Part shown: piece after piece, positions 29,172 through 38,919 of the stretch
Layout of the letters: every line of letters begins with the position of its first letter
Numbering within the stretch: the first letter of the stretch is position 1
Source: a virus
IMG/VR virus record: IMGVR_UViG_3300023174_004273
Span: 11,387 to 75,386 of that record
Strand: one strand, 5' to 3'
DNA: 64,000 nucleotides
Notes under the pieces: generated by a model
Seen by the model: only the letters and a program-made list of their open reading frames with translations
What the model was told of the DNA's origin: nothing
Database searches by the model: none
Position numbers and translations under genes: made by a program

Positions 29172-30123
29172 GGAGTTTCCTTACAAGATTTTTCTTGGAC
29201 ATCTCTATGCGTATGCGATTTGTATTTCTAGCTTCAAATATACTCAACAACGTGGCTGTTCGACCATAACGGCGCACAGCATCATTGACGTCTTTGACAT
29301 CTGCAGGCCAGTTAGGTATGCTCACGGCCCAACCCAGTTCAAGAGCACGATCTACCAACTTCATTCCTGCTTCATCTTGATCAGGAACCACTGTGATTTC
29401 ACGTCCTAGACTGCGTATCAACTTTACTTGTGCATCATTGATTTCGGCATGTAGCACAGCTAGGCCGCTGACACTGAGTGCGTCAAACACACCTTCCATG
29501 ACTAACACATGTTGCCAAGTGTCACGTTGCAGATCTGTACCAAACACATAACCATGCTGTATGTCTTGTATGTATTTGGGTGTACGATCATCTAAGAATC
29601 TAGTGGTGTGACCAACCACTTGATTGTCGTGTGTAAACGGTATGACGATACCTGGCCTTGGCATGGTTTTATACAGGAAAGGATAGTCTGTGGGCATGCA
29701 ACGATCATTGAGATATTGTTGCGCGATGTCGTTCAAAGGTTGTGTGTCTGCTGGCAAGTCTCGATCTTCAAACTCTATGCCCTGTAACTTTTGTGATATC
29801 TGTTGTCTCTCATTGAGTATGCCTTCGATATTGCGATGACGTAGACTTTCAAGATTGATACGTTCGATCTCATTGCGATCTACATTGAGCCAGCTCAATA
29901 GTTTGCGTGCCTTGAATGACAAGTTGCGTCCCAACACAAAGCTGGCAGTGAATCCACAGTTAAAGCAGTGGTAACTCCATCCTTGATCTGTGGTCTTGAT
30001 GCCACCACGCTGGCGCCGGTCAGCACTTTCACCGTTGTGTACACAACAGGGAGCATTGAAGCTTATCCAGCCAGAGCTAGTGCTTTTGCGTTTGTTGGGA
30101 AGATAAGAAAGGACATCGATCAC
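29164..30123 (-). CDS. DNA primase (T4 gp61-like)
   Basis: Zinc finger CC.H...HCFNC and TOPRIM motifs EGVFDA, PDQDEAG, KDVND. Confidence 0.92.
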   Translation of the reverse strand: MIDVLSYLPNKRKSTSSGWISFNAPCCVHNGESADRRQRGGIKTTDQGWSYHCFNCGFTASFVLGRNLSFKARKLLSWLNVDRNEIERINLESLRHRNIEGILNERQQISQKLQGIEFEDRDLPADTQPLNDIAQQYLNDRCMPTDYPFLYKTMPRPGIVIPFTHDNQVVGHTTRFLDDRTPKYIQDIQHGYVFGTDLQRDTWQHVLVMEGVFDALSVSGLAVLHAEINDAQVKLIRSLGREITVVPDQDEAGMKLVDRALELGWAVSIPNWPADVKDVNDAVRRYGRTATLLSIFEARNTNRIRIEMSKKNLVRKLHV

Positions 30124-30860
30124 TCTAACATTTTAGCATATTTTATGTGTTCAATCAAGTGATCTGCTATGAGTTGATGGCCTTTTTCATTGGGATGACC
30201 ACCTCGAGCAAATGGTTCTACTCCAAGATCGGTTTTCTTTTGGTGTAGTATTTCTCGGAAACTCAGTCCTGGATAGATCAGACTGGGAACCGTGACACCA
30301 TAGCGATTGGGCAACACCGAGAACTGTACCACTGGTATGCCGTAACGGCTAGTGGATTGATCAAACAAGTTGATTGACGTTTGGAAGTTGTATTCCGCCC
30401 AGTCGGTATGGAAGCTCATCCCCAACCAAAGTTTCTGTAGTTTAAACCAGTTGTCATCAATGTCAGGATTGGGTTGAGTGAGCCAGGTGCCGTGCATGTG
30501 TCTGTTCCATTGTGGATCTCTGCGACTGATTTCGTGCAAGGGATTGAACCAGCTCTGACGAGTGGCATCTGTGTGACCTACTAGGAATAACACATCATCT
30601 GTGCTTTGTCCGTTGCGTAGGTACCACATAAAGTTCCAGCGCATGCTTTCCAGGCTGGACCCAGGAAAGGCCATGTTGTCTAGTTCTAGATCAAAATGTT
30701 TGGCCACTAGTCCAGCATAACAATGGTCTAATCTATAAGGTCTGTTTTGATCATAATGGTCTCTGAAATCTGCGTCAGACAGATCTCGAAACTCTGGTGC
30801 GACCAGTTCATCGCCATAGCTCCAACTATCGCCAAAAACTACCAGTTTACGTATCTTCAT
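30120..30860 (-). CDS. SGNH/GDSL-like hydrolase
   Basis: FGDSWSYG, PGSS, GGHPNEKGHQLIA. Confidence 0.75.
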   Translation of the reverse strand: MKIRKLVVFGDSWSYGDELVAPEFRDLSDADFRDHYDQNRPYRLDHCYAGLVAKHFDLELDNMAFPGSSLESMRWNFMWYLRNGQSTDDVLFLVGHTDATRQSWFNPLHEISRRDPQWNRHMHGTWLTQPNPDIDDNWFKLQKLWLGMSFHTDWAEYNFQTSINLFDQSTSRYGIPVVQFSVLPNRYGVTVPSLIYPGLSFREILHQKKTDLGVEPFARGGHPNEKGHQLIADHLIEHIKYAKMLE

Positions 30861-31852
30861 CTAAATGCGATGCTGGTTATAAATCCATTGTTGATGGCAG
30901 CGTTGGGGTTGTTGACATAGCCTTCGCCGCCGGTGATGACAAAAGCACCAGTGACATTACCACCCGATGCTTCTGCATAGGCCGTGGCTCCGGTACCTTC
31001 GCCGTGGATATCAATGTTGGGCAGTGGTGTAGACAACCACTGGCTACCTTGGTTGTTCATGGTGATATTTGTAACTGTGCCGCCGCTGACTATGACATTG
31101 CCAACCTTGGCTTTGTATCCATATTGATTGATCTCAAAACGCACATAGTTGTGATAGCCTTCTATGTTCCAATGATCACGTTCTTCTCTATTGATATACT
31201 GACGCTGGCTACCAATGTCATACCATGGGCCCAGTTGTGTGTTAGAGCCTTGTGGTTTCACGTTGCCTGAAAAGTTGTCAAAAGTCATCTGGAATGTGAC
31301 CAGGGGCCGTCCTTGTACATACACAGCCGAAGTGTGATTACGATTGGGATTATCCAAACTGATTTCTGGGTTGGTAGGCACAGTCATTATTTCGCTGGGC
31401 ACAAAAGCAGGGTACACGCTGTCTACTACATCAGCTTTGCCTCGGCCGCCTGAGTATGCATCAGAAAACACAGGCTCATAAAGGTCACTGGTCACTGTGT
31501 TGCGCTCAAGGCTCCAGCCCACAGGTTGTGCATCTATTTCATCTAAGTCAGTTGACAGTAGTGTTACTTTGGCTCGTCCATAGGTGGCGTTTAGGATTTC
31601 CAAATCTTTGGTCAACAACAGTATGTCTCCGTTGGTACTGATCAATCTAAATGTAATGGTACTGCCCGTGATATTCACAGGCTTTTCGTCTTGGTTGACG
31701 AACTGAAATAGTATGACGTTGTCCACGCCACGATGTATCTTTAAGTTTTTTGTGTACACAGGTTGCCACCTCCGGTCAAAGTAAGCACCACTGGTATCAA
31801 TCAATAATACCTGTTGTTTTTGCTGATATAAATAGGCAGTGGTAGAATACAT
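30857..31852 (-). CDS. probable virion structural protein (Ig-like baseplate-type domain)
   Basis: RGVDN.I.FQF.NQDEKPVNITG beta-rich N-terminus, G/T/N-rich C-terminus, upstream TAAATA. Confidence 0.55.
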   Translation of the reverse strand: MYSTTAYLYQQKQQVLLIDTSGAYFDRRWQPVYTKNLKIHRGVDNVILFQFVNQDEKPVNITGSTITFRLISTNGDILLLTKDLEILNATYGRAKVTLLSTDLDEIDAQPVGWSLERNTVTSDLYEPVFSDAYSGGRGKADVVDSVYPAFVPSEIMTVPTNPEISLDNPNRNHTSAVYVQGRPLVTFQMTFDNFSGNVKPQGSNTQLGPWYDIGSQRQYINREERDHWNIEGYHNYVRFEINQYGYKAKVGNVIVSGGTVTNITMNNQGSQWLSTPLPNIDIHGEGTGATAYAEASGGNVTGAFVITGGEGYVNNPNAAINNGFITSIAFR

Positions 31853-31875
31853 TATAATAATTCCTTAAGATATTT

Positions 31876-32253
31876 ATGGGCACAGAGATCTTCGCCAAAA
31901 TAGCAGAACGATATCCTTTCATAACCTTTTGCACCTACGCCGGTAACGAATACATTGGCGTGGTGCAAAATCGCGATGACGCTGTCACGACCATATACGA
32001 CTTTGGAAATATACAGCATGCTGAGCTTAAAAAGCTGTTTTTAGAACTGGCCAATCAGTGGTGGTGGGAGTCAAATCGTAGCATACCCATCAATATATTC
32101 CTCAAGCAGGACTGGGAAGTATTCCGCCCTTATCTACGAACTTTTGTCAACAAAGATCTGGAAATATTGCACGGTCCATGCACCAGTCTCATTGACATCG
32201 CCCGCAAAAAAAGCAAACGTAAATCAATCACCCTGGTCCGCAAAATGGATTAG
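31876..32253 (+). CDS. hypothetical protein
   Basis: Plus-strand gene after TATAAATA (~31827); WWWESNRSIPINIFL motif; 3' end overlaps the mini-DnaE gene. Confidence 0.75.
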   Translation: MGTEIFAKIAERYPFITFCTYAGNEYIGVVQNRDDAVTTIYDFGNIQHAELKKLFLELANQWWWESNRSIPINIFLKQDWEVFRPYLRTFVNKDLEILHGPCTSLIDIARKKSKRKSITLVRKMD

Positions 32254-32799
32254 ATTCATGTGCAAGGCTACCAGCTGTGCGTAGCCCACTGCATGACTTT
32301 TCTTGAAAAAATAACTGTCATCTGCAGGACGTGTCCAAATGTCTTGCGAGATCGCGGGCCAGCCGCCCTGTGCTAGATGTCGCTTGGCCGGGCGTATCAC
32401 AGCAAGGAACATGGCCATCCTGGGTATACTATCGGGCTGTAACTGTTGAACGAGATCATAATGATTGCCAATGTGTACTATCTTTTCGCAAAACTCGCGT
32501 TCTTGTAACCTATGCCAAGGCACAGGAGCAGCCAGCATTTCATCATAGTGTGCTTGATCTCGTATCAGCTGATACACAGTCATGTTTAACAAGTCAATCT
32601 TGAAGTAGCCACGTTGTTCAGCTTCTTGATAGTCTATGGCCGCACATCCATTTACAGGATCTCGAGGTATGTCTGTGATGTACACACCCGAGTTATGCCG
32701 CCGCACCCGCCCATCAGTTGTTTGTCGAGCTGGAGTGTGCTGTATTAACTTCAGTACTTGTTCTCTGTCAGCTAGGTCTATGTCGATGTCTGCGCTCAT
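32224..32799 (-). CDS. miniature DnaE-like protein (191 aa)
   Basis: ADIDID, HNSGVY, GYFKIDLL, PDSI..MA.FLAVIRP and YFFKKSHAVGYA in DnaE order; TAATG-coupled start. Confidence 0.8.
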   Translation of the reverse strand: MSADIDIDLADREQVLKLIQHTPARQTTDGRVRRHNSGVYITDIPRDPVNGCAAIDYQEAEQRGYFKIDLLNMTVYQLIRDQAHYDEMLAAPVPWHRLQEREFCEKIVHIGNHYDLVQQLQPDSIPRMAMFLAVIRPAKRHLAQGGWPAISQDIWTRPADDSYFFKKSHAVGYAQLVALHMNLIHFADQGD

Positions 32800-33482
32800 T
32801 ACCAACCTGCTTTCTTTAACATTTCTTTGGCATACTCTTGATCCGCTGGGTAGTCACCAAACTTCTTTTGCCAAAACTCTGGGTCAATCCAAGGCCAAAC
32901 GATTTTGGTCTGATCAGGGTCCATGTTTTCTAACCAAGCCTGTCCACTTTCGCAGTTGTACAGCACCCAGGCACTGATACGACCTGTGCTTACTGCATAG
33001 GCCACAGCATTGTCGTTGCCGTATCTTAGGAAATCATGCGCAGGGTGATCGTGGGTTTCATTCCACTTGATAGAATATTCTATGGCACGAGCCAGCGCAT
33101 CTGTCACTGATTCTCGACGTAGGTAATCGGTGAGATATTCTGTATAGATAGAATCTTTGCACCAGTGATCAATCTTTTTATTTTTTTCAACTACCCAGTC
33201 AATGAAACGTGCAGTATTCACAGCGTTGATGGCCACACAATGACGACCAAACTTGACAAAGGCTCGATAGTACGGACTAGTAGCAAAGTCATCAAACGTT
33301 TTTAGTTTGGCCGAGCCTTGTGTCATTTCATAGAATCTGAGATATGCTTGCAGTCCCAATCGCACTCCAGATTCGTCTTTGCTTTGATAACGTTGTTTTT
33401 GTTCGCAGAGATGGACAGAGAGGCTGGTCTCTCTCTGGAAATCTTTTTTACAATACTGACATGTATACTTTACCGCTTGCAC
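32799..33482 (-). CDS. zinc-finger protein with a possible gp59-like helicase-loader body
   Basis: N-terminal CQYC-x12-H.C; the rest is helical with a GRISAWVL segment recalling gp59 NIISFETF; size and replication context fit. Confidence 0.45.
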   Translation of the reverse strand: MQAVKYTCQYCKKDFQRETSLSVHLCEQKQRYQSKDESGVRLGLQAYLRFYEMTQGSAKLKTFDDFATSPYYRAFVKFGRHCVAINAVNTARFIDWVVEKNKKIDHWCKDSIYTEYLTDYLRRESVTDALARAIEYSIKWNETHDHPAHDFLRYGNDNAVAYAVSTGRISAWVLYNCESGQAWLENMDPDQTKIVWPWIDPEFWQKKFGDYPADQEYAKEMLKKAGW

Positions 33483-33495
33483 AATTTATTATAGC

Positions 33496-34656
33496 TTATT
33501 TGAACCAGTTTTGTACAGTGCCTTGTCTCGAAATATCATTGGTCACACAGTGGATACCACAGTCCCAAAAATACTTGTGTCGGAACGGCACCACATGAAC
33601 TTCGATGCCATGCCGAGCGCAGGCTTGTTCCACACGATCATTATGTGTGCTGACTACAATGTTTTTTGGATCCACGATCAAGATATTGACATCAAACACA
33701 GTTTCACTGACTTGCCCTACCCATTCATCAAAGTAGTGATCTACCATGTGTATGAGGTTGTTGTCCTGTTCAAATCCTGGCATGAACCAGCGTCCTTTGT
33801 TGCGCTTCATTGAAAACTCAAACTCACGCATGTGAGCATAGTTAGAAGGTGGCAAATAGACCACTTCCCAGCCTGGGAATGTGTCTGCGTAAGTGGGCAC
33901 ATCGTTGAGACTGATAATCAACCCAGGTGTGACAGGACAATACACAGCATCGCCGTGGCCGCCTGAGTTTACTACGCGATTGACTGTGCGAGGGAACAGT
34001 TGATTGACTTGATCAAGTATGGCCTGTTTGTCATCGTGATAGGTCTGTGTGGCAAAAAATAAGTTTTCACCGATGCGGCTTACAAAACAGCCATTGATAA
34101 AATCAAGATCTGTGTAAACTATTTCATTGCCTTGTTCGCGGATTTCATCAAACACATGGTTATAAAAACCAAGTTTGCCATCAAGATGCTTTTGATCTAT
34201 GGCACAAAATCTCGCAAACTTTTCTTTGATCTCGGCAGCATGATTGGGCCAAGCCTCATAGAAATCGCTGGGACGAACATAGTCAGGACAATGTGCCGGT
34301 TTGTTTTGTCTATAAAACACACTCCATGCATGGCTGGCATTGGGCACTTGCGGAACCCAAAAACGATCTTCGATCATTAAAAAATAGTCTCTAGGAGCCG
34401 TGGGTGGTTGTACCCACTTTCCATCGATGTAGAGTTCATCTAGATTGTGTGGAAACTTTGGACGATGTACTTTAACACCAAACTTCTCCGTTAGTAGTTT
34501 GATAAGACCTTGATAGTCTTCTTCTGTTTCTTCGGCCAGCTTTTCAAAACGATTCCTTGTGTTGGTATCTTTGATCCAGGAATAAAACTCTGGCGGATAT
34601 GTTTGCCCAACCAAGCAGACCTTGAGCGGATCCCAATGTTGATATACTGAATACAT
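33496..34656 (-). CDS. amidinotransferase (glycine/inosamine-phosphate amidinotransferase family)
   Basis: WDPLK...VG, PRD, GHGD, DVNIL and GIHCVT with the catalytic Cys. Confidence 0.85.
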   Translation of the reverse strand: MYSVYQHWDPLKVCLVGQTYPPEFYSWIKDTNTRNRFEKLAEETEEDYQGLIKLLTEKFGVKVHRPKFPHNLDELYIDGKWVQPPTAPRDYFLMIEDRFWVPQVPNASHAWSVFYRQNKPAHCPDYVRPSDFYEAWPNHAAEIKEKFARFCAIDQKHLDGKLGFYNHVFDEIREQGNEIVYTDLDFINGCFVSRIGENLFFATQTYHDDKQAILDQVNQLFPRTVNRVVNSGGHGDAVYCPVTPGLIISLNDVPTYADTFPGWEVVYLPPSNYAHMREFEFSMKRNKGRWFMPGFEQDNNLIHMVDHYFDEWVGQVSETVFDVNILIVDPKNIVVSTHNDRVEQACARHGIEVHVVPFRHKYFWDCGIHCVTNDISRQGTVQNWFK

Positions 34657-35096
34657 TAGTCTGTTTTTCCTCTATTCTTCATTAGTTCTTTGATGTCAGC
34701 TTTGGTCGTTATTGCAGTCAACGCATCAATGTCACTCATCTTCATTGCAGGATATAACTCTATCAATGCTTTTTTTACTTCACTGTTGCCTGAATCTTTT
34801 TTCTTGGGAGCTATCCACTGATGCCTGTGTGTGCCCATACCTGGACTCACTGACGTAGCCATGAGCCATTGCAGTTTGGGATGTTTGTTCACGGCAAAGA
34901 AATGTTTGTTCAGTCTTTCGTTGGTTGCTATGACATAGAACTCTTGCAGTTCCCTTGAACCTTGCACACTGGATCCCCAGCGTATCATGAGATAGTTGGA
35001 GAACTTTTTCTTTTCTTCGTCTGTGAGCTCGTTGTAAAAGTCTCGGTTCTTACGATCGAACTGTGTCATCTCATTCTGTATTGACAGTTTGTCCAT
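34656..35096 (-). CDS. clamp-loader small subunit (T4 gp62-like)
   Basis: FSNYLMIRW.S, LQW....V.PG...HQWI and ALIELY pattern parallels gp62. Confidence 0.6.
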   Translation of the reverse strand: MDKLSIQNEMTQFDRKNRDFYNELTDEEKKKFSNYLMIRWGSSVQGSRELQEFYVIATNERLNKHFFAVNKHPKLQWLMATSVSPGMGTHRHQWIAPKKKDSGNSEVKKALIELYPAMKMSDIDALTAITTKADIKELMKNRGKTD

Positions 35097-35596
35097 TACC
35101 AAGCCTTGTTGTAGTCAACTATTTCGCAGTTCCTGCTGATGTCCTTGACAAAGTAAACACAGTCAGGTTCAGGATCATTGTTAAGAGGTATACACAGCAT
35201 CTGCCCGTTCTTGAGTTTGGGAGCATACCAGGCCACATCATGATACACATCAACTATTTCAATGTCAAGGAAGCTAGGACGGAAACTGGTCAATGGGTTG
35301 AACTGGAATGCTTTGAACCCACGATCGTTGATTGATGTCAATGGTAGCATTTCCAAGTCACCAAGGTCGGGTTCTCCAATCAAGATTTGCCAATCAATGG
35401 GCATCTTCACACGGTGTTCTCCGATTTGTAAGACCAGTGCCGGTGAGTTAAAGCTCTCTAAAAATATTAGTGGTATGTAGTGATAGTCAGGATCTGATGG
35501 ATCGGAGTTATCCAGGATCGCAAACCTCATGTCATCCACTTCTTCAGGTAGCGTATCTAAATCATAGGCTGTGTTGTCTAGTGTCAATATTTTCAT
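35096..35596 (-). CDS. stand-alone Hint/intein-fold-like protein lacking splicing residues
   Basis: By-eye alignment to mini-intein blocks (see findings); start MKILTLD lies 7 nt after TATAAT. Confidence 0.5.
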   Translation of the reverse strand: MKILTLDNTAYDLDTLPEEVDDMRFAILDNSDPSDPDYHYIPLIFLESFNSPALVLQIGEHRVKMPIDWQILIGEPDLGDLEMLPLTSINDRGFKAFQFNPLTSFRPSFLDIEIVDVYHDVAWYAPKLKNGQMLCIPLNNDPEPDCVYFVKDISRNCEIVDYNKAW

Positions 35597-35604
35597 GTCA
35601 TTCA

Positions 35605-36213
35605 TTATACAATATTATTACGTGTTCCGCGACCAAGGATCACTCCATAATCTCCAGATTTAAGTAGTTGATAACCATTGGCCATCAGATAAGGCACTAC
35701 CGAACCTCCTTTGCCTATGTATACACCCTTGTATTCATAGGTATCATCAATACACACAATGCTCTTTGATGCCATACAAGGCAGTAGATACATCATCTGA
35801 CTTTGGTGATTGATTTGGCAGTTAAGATTGGTCATTTCCAGCCCTTTGGTCCGATACCAGTCTTGTTGTTTACGGATTTCGTTGGTGGAACGATCGGGCT
35901 CCCAATCCCAATCAAAGTTATCTAAATACAATACCTTGATTCTTAAAGACAGTAGGTCAAAGGATTTGCACCAAAGGCTGGCATCTGCACAAACAAAATC
36001 AACTCTATTGAGGTAATCCTTATTTACAGTTTTTGTCACCCGGTGGTAAGCTTCTGGATCAAGATCTACCGTGATCAGCCTGGTGTTATGTGTGTTGGCT
36101 AGATCAGCAAAGTAGGCTGTGCTACCCTCCCAACGATCACTGCCCAGTTCAACTATGATATCATCAAACGTACCATGAAGATATCGCCCAACCTGTTGAT
36201 AAAGTTTACCCAT
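35605..36213 (-). CDS. class I SAM-dependent methyltransferase-like protein
   Basis: IVELGS...GST, ITVDLD, VLYLD, VCIDD. Confidence 0.7.
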   Translation of the reverse strand: MGKLYQQVGRYLHGTFDDIIVELGSDRWEGSTAYFADLANTHNTRLITVDLDPEAYHRVTKTVNKDYLNRVDFVCADASLWCKSFDLLSLRIKVLYLDNFDWDWEPDRSTNEIRKQQDWYRTKGLEMTNLNCQINHQSQMMYLLPCMASKSIVCIDDTYEYKGVYIGKGGSVVPYLMANGYQLLKSGDYGVILGRGTRNNIV

Positions 36214-36214
36214 G

Positions 36215-37462
36215 TTAAATTTTAAAATCTGTATCTAGTTTGCAAATCAATTGATAGAACTCAGGAAATGTTTCTGCAAAACTTTCTTTTCTGTACTGAT
36301 CTGTTATTGATGTCCACTGCTGAAACTCTTTCCACAGTTTTGGATCATGTGGTTGCTTGAGTAAATTAACCACGGGCTGTAGATCATGCAATTCAAAATT
36401 TTGTAATCGATCTGCCACACGATCCGCTATGACATCAGGTATGTTCTTAACGGAGAAATAATAAGGATGATAGGACAGTATTAAGTGTACGTCTAATCCA
36501 AAATGAATCTTTAGCCGGGCAATCAAGTCCGGCAGATAGAATACATTCATTGAGGTTACAGTAATTACTGACAGTATTGACATTGGAATCCGGCCAGAAT
36601 CTCTGAGCCTGATAAACCAACGAATGTTGTCGTACACATCTTCCCAGCTGGCAGGGTGTCTCAGATACGCAAACTGCGAGCCCCACCCGTCGATACTCAA
36701 GTTGAGATTGAAGTGTGCAAACTGACTCAGCGTATCTATTAACTCGTCATCCATCTTGTTGGTGACGTTGGTACTGACGTTGATATTGATGTTGCGCGAC
36801 ACGCCTTTGTCTACTAGTTTTTTTAACAAGCGAGGAAGTTGTTTGTCTATCAATGGCTCGCCGCCGTAGAATTCTATGCGTGAACAGTTGGAACAAAAGT
36901 CAGCAATCTCATCAATTTGTTCATCAGTGAATGTTCTGCTCTTGGTGTCTTTGAGCCAAAAGTTATCTTTCAGCCCGTAAGTCTTTTCAAAATACTTTCC
37001 TTCCACAGACAAGGTAACGCTGTCTGCTGAGTTACAACTACGACACCTTAGATTACATACGTTACTGATTTTGATGGCTGCCTGCATTGGGCCTTTCTTC
37101 CACTCACCAGTTGTCATAATCTGTGAAGGTGTTTTAGAAGTTTCCAGCAGAGTAGTATTTGTTCCTTGTGGATCTTTTGCAGGATCCCACAGCATGGTTC
37201 GCTCACTGGCAAGTCCCACTGCTTCTTCACCCCAGCAACGATGGCAAGCATTTTGTTTTTTGTTCTCTAGCATGCCTTGTCTAAACGCTTCAAATTCTTG
37301 ATTCTTCCAAATTTCACTCAGTGACTGGTCAGGAAAGTTCCATAAACTTCCTCCCAGTGCTGGGCACGGACTTACATTATGATTAGAGTCAAACGTAATG
37401 TATGTAAACGGCGCCATACAGAGATTGTTGGGCAAAGATTCTATGGGTATTACTTTTGCCAT
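36215..37462 (-). CDS. radical SAM protein with N-terminal SPASM-like domain
   Basis: CMAPF..SPCP..CHRC, CNLRCRSC, GGEPL, STN, SIDG. Confidence 0.9.
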   Translation of the reverse strand: MAKVIPIESLPNNLCMAPFTYITFDSNHNVSPCPALGGSLWNFPDQSLSEIWKNQEFEAFRQGMLENKKQNACHRCWGEEAVGLASERTMLWDPAKDPQGTNTTLLETSKTPSQIMTTGEWKKGPMQAAIKISNVCNLRCRSCNSADSVTLSVEGKYFEKTYGLKDNFWLKDTKSRTFTDEQIDEIADFCSNCSRIEFYGGEPLIDKQLPRLLKKLVDKGVSRNININVSTNVTNKMDDELIDTLSQFAHFNLNLSIDGWGSQFAYLRHPASWEDVYDNIRWFIRLRDSGRIPMSILSVITVTSMNVFYLPDLIARLKIHFGLDVHLILSYHPYYFSVKNIPDVIADRVADRLQNFELHDLQPVVNLLKQPHDPKLWKEFQQWTSITDQYRKESFAETFPEFYQLICKLDTDFKI

Positions 37463-38913
37463 TCTAGTTTCTCTTGTGTAAAAGGATAGCGAGCTTCTTT
37501 GTAAAACTGCTTACGCTTGGTAAGGTGTCGTTTGGCAAACTTACAGGTGCTTGTTATGTCCCAGATTTGGACGAAGTCCTTGTCTTCTGCTTTTCTAATA
37601 CCTCGCCCGATACTCTGTATAACGCGGACAAAGCTCTTTCCGGGTTCCACAAGAACCAGATTGAAAATGCGAGGAATGTTAATACCAACAGCGGCCACGC
37701 CGTAAGTAGCAACAATAATTTTATCGGTAGCTTCAGCCACTTCGTCATACTCATCTTGTCTATCCTTTGCTTTGGTAGCTCCTGACACAAACACAGCACG
37801 TTCTCCCAATCGCTTGACTAACTCCTGGCCAGCAGTGATGCGATCTACTAGCACCAAGGTGTTGCCTGTTTCATTGACTTGCCGTATCAGGCTGGCCATG
37901 GTATCCAACCGTCCTGATTCTTCTAGTAGGTACTTGAGTTCTGATTGATAGTTGTTGTACTCCACGTGATCTACCAGCTGTACTACGTTGACATGGCATT
38001 GTGCCAGCACACCTTTGTCTTGTAACTCGGCGGCAGCCAAGCGACTCACAACAGGGCCAATGCTAACATGTATGGCCTGGAACTCAAAATCTTCTTTGGG
38101 TATGGTACCAGTCAATCCCCAGCGGATTGGCACTTCCGCCATGACCCCTGTGAGCAGGGTTTTCAACGCATCAGCCTTGGCCATGTGTACTTCATCAACT
38201 ATGACGCAAACTACGCCTTCGAGAAACTCACCTATGGTGATCTCTGCTGATTGATTCTTGGTATTCTTTAACAGTACATTTAGACTTTGCCAGGTACAAA
38301 TGGTGTGTTGCCGGCCGAACTCTTTGCGGTCACCAAAGAACACACCCACATCTAGTTCCATGTTGATGTAGTCCTTTTCTGTCTGCGTCACAAGGCTCTT
38401 GTTGGGCACTATGACGATGCTACGACCATAGGGCGTGACAGCATGGCTCAGTGCGGCTGTCATGATTGTTTTACCTGCACCTGTGGCCACTTCTTGTAGG
38501 CACTGCGGGTTGGCCAGGAAGTTGTTGACGATGTCTACTTGATAGTCACGCAACATGATGGGTTCGCCGGCATTGGGATGTCCTTTGGGCCACAGGATAT
38601 CTTGGAACGAGTCTTCCTGTACTTGCTCGAACTCGAATGTGGTAGAGTATTCTCTACGATCGTCTAGCTCAATGTCGTAGTTGTATTCTTCCAAGATAGG
38701 AATGATCTCGGGTAGTAGGTTCACATAAGTGCTACCACCCAGTTGGAAAAAGCTGACTTTGCCATCCCAACGACCTAACCTTACTGCGGGTAGGTATCGG
38801 GCATAAGGAACATCATACTTGAACTTGTTGACTAGTGCTCGTCTGGCATCTAGTTCTAGCCCTTCGATTTTGACATTGACTTCGTCGCTTATGATAAGTC
38901 GTGCAGTTCTCAT
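37450..38913 (-). CDS. uvsW: UvsW-like SF2 DNA helicase
   Basis: WDGK, LRDYQ, ATGAGKT, VDEVH, GLTGT, QSIGRGIR; start MRTARL. Confidence 0.93.
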   Translation of the reverse strand: MRTARLIISDEVNVKIEGLELDARRALVNKFKYDVPYARYLPAVRLGRWDGKVSFFQLGGSTYVNLLPEIIPILEEYNYDIELDDRREYSTTFEFEQVQEDSFQDILWPKGHPNAGEPIMLRDYQVDIVNNFLANPQCLQEVATGAGKTIMTAALSHAVTPYGRSIVIVPNKSLVTQTEKDYINMELDVGVFFGDRKEFGRQHTICTWQSLNVLLKNTKNQSAEITIGEFLEGVVCVIVDEVHMAKADALKTLLTGVMAEVPIRWGLTGTIPKEDFEFQAIHVSIGPVVSRLAAAELQDKGVLAQCHVNVVQLVDHVEYNNYQSELKYLLEESGRLDTMASLIRQVNETGNTLVLVDRITAGQELVKRLGERAVFVSGATKAKDRQDEYDEVAEATDKIIVATYGVAAVGINIPRIFNLVLVEPGKSFVRVIQSIGRGIRKAEDKDFVQIWDITSTCKFAKRHLTKRKQFYKEARYPFTQEKLEWQK

Positions 38914-38919
38914 TCTATT

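Noticed and set aside
24661-32799. The two DnaE-like ORFs as halves of one split or trans-spliced polymerase
   Set aside because: Both contain the same catalytic and finger motifs, and neither carries an intein half.
35096-35596. Active intein or mobile element
   Set aside because: No nucleophile at position 1, no TxxH or terminal HN, no exteins and no endonuclease domain.
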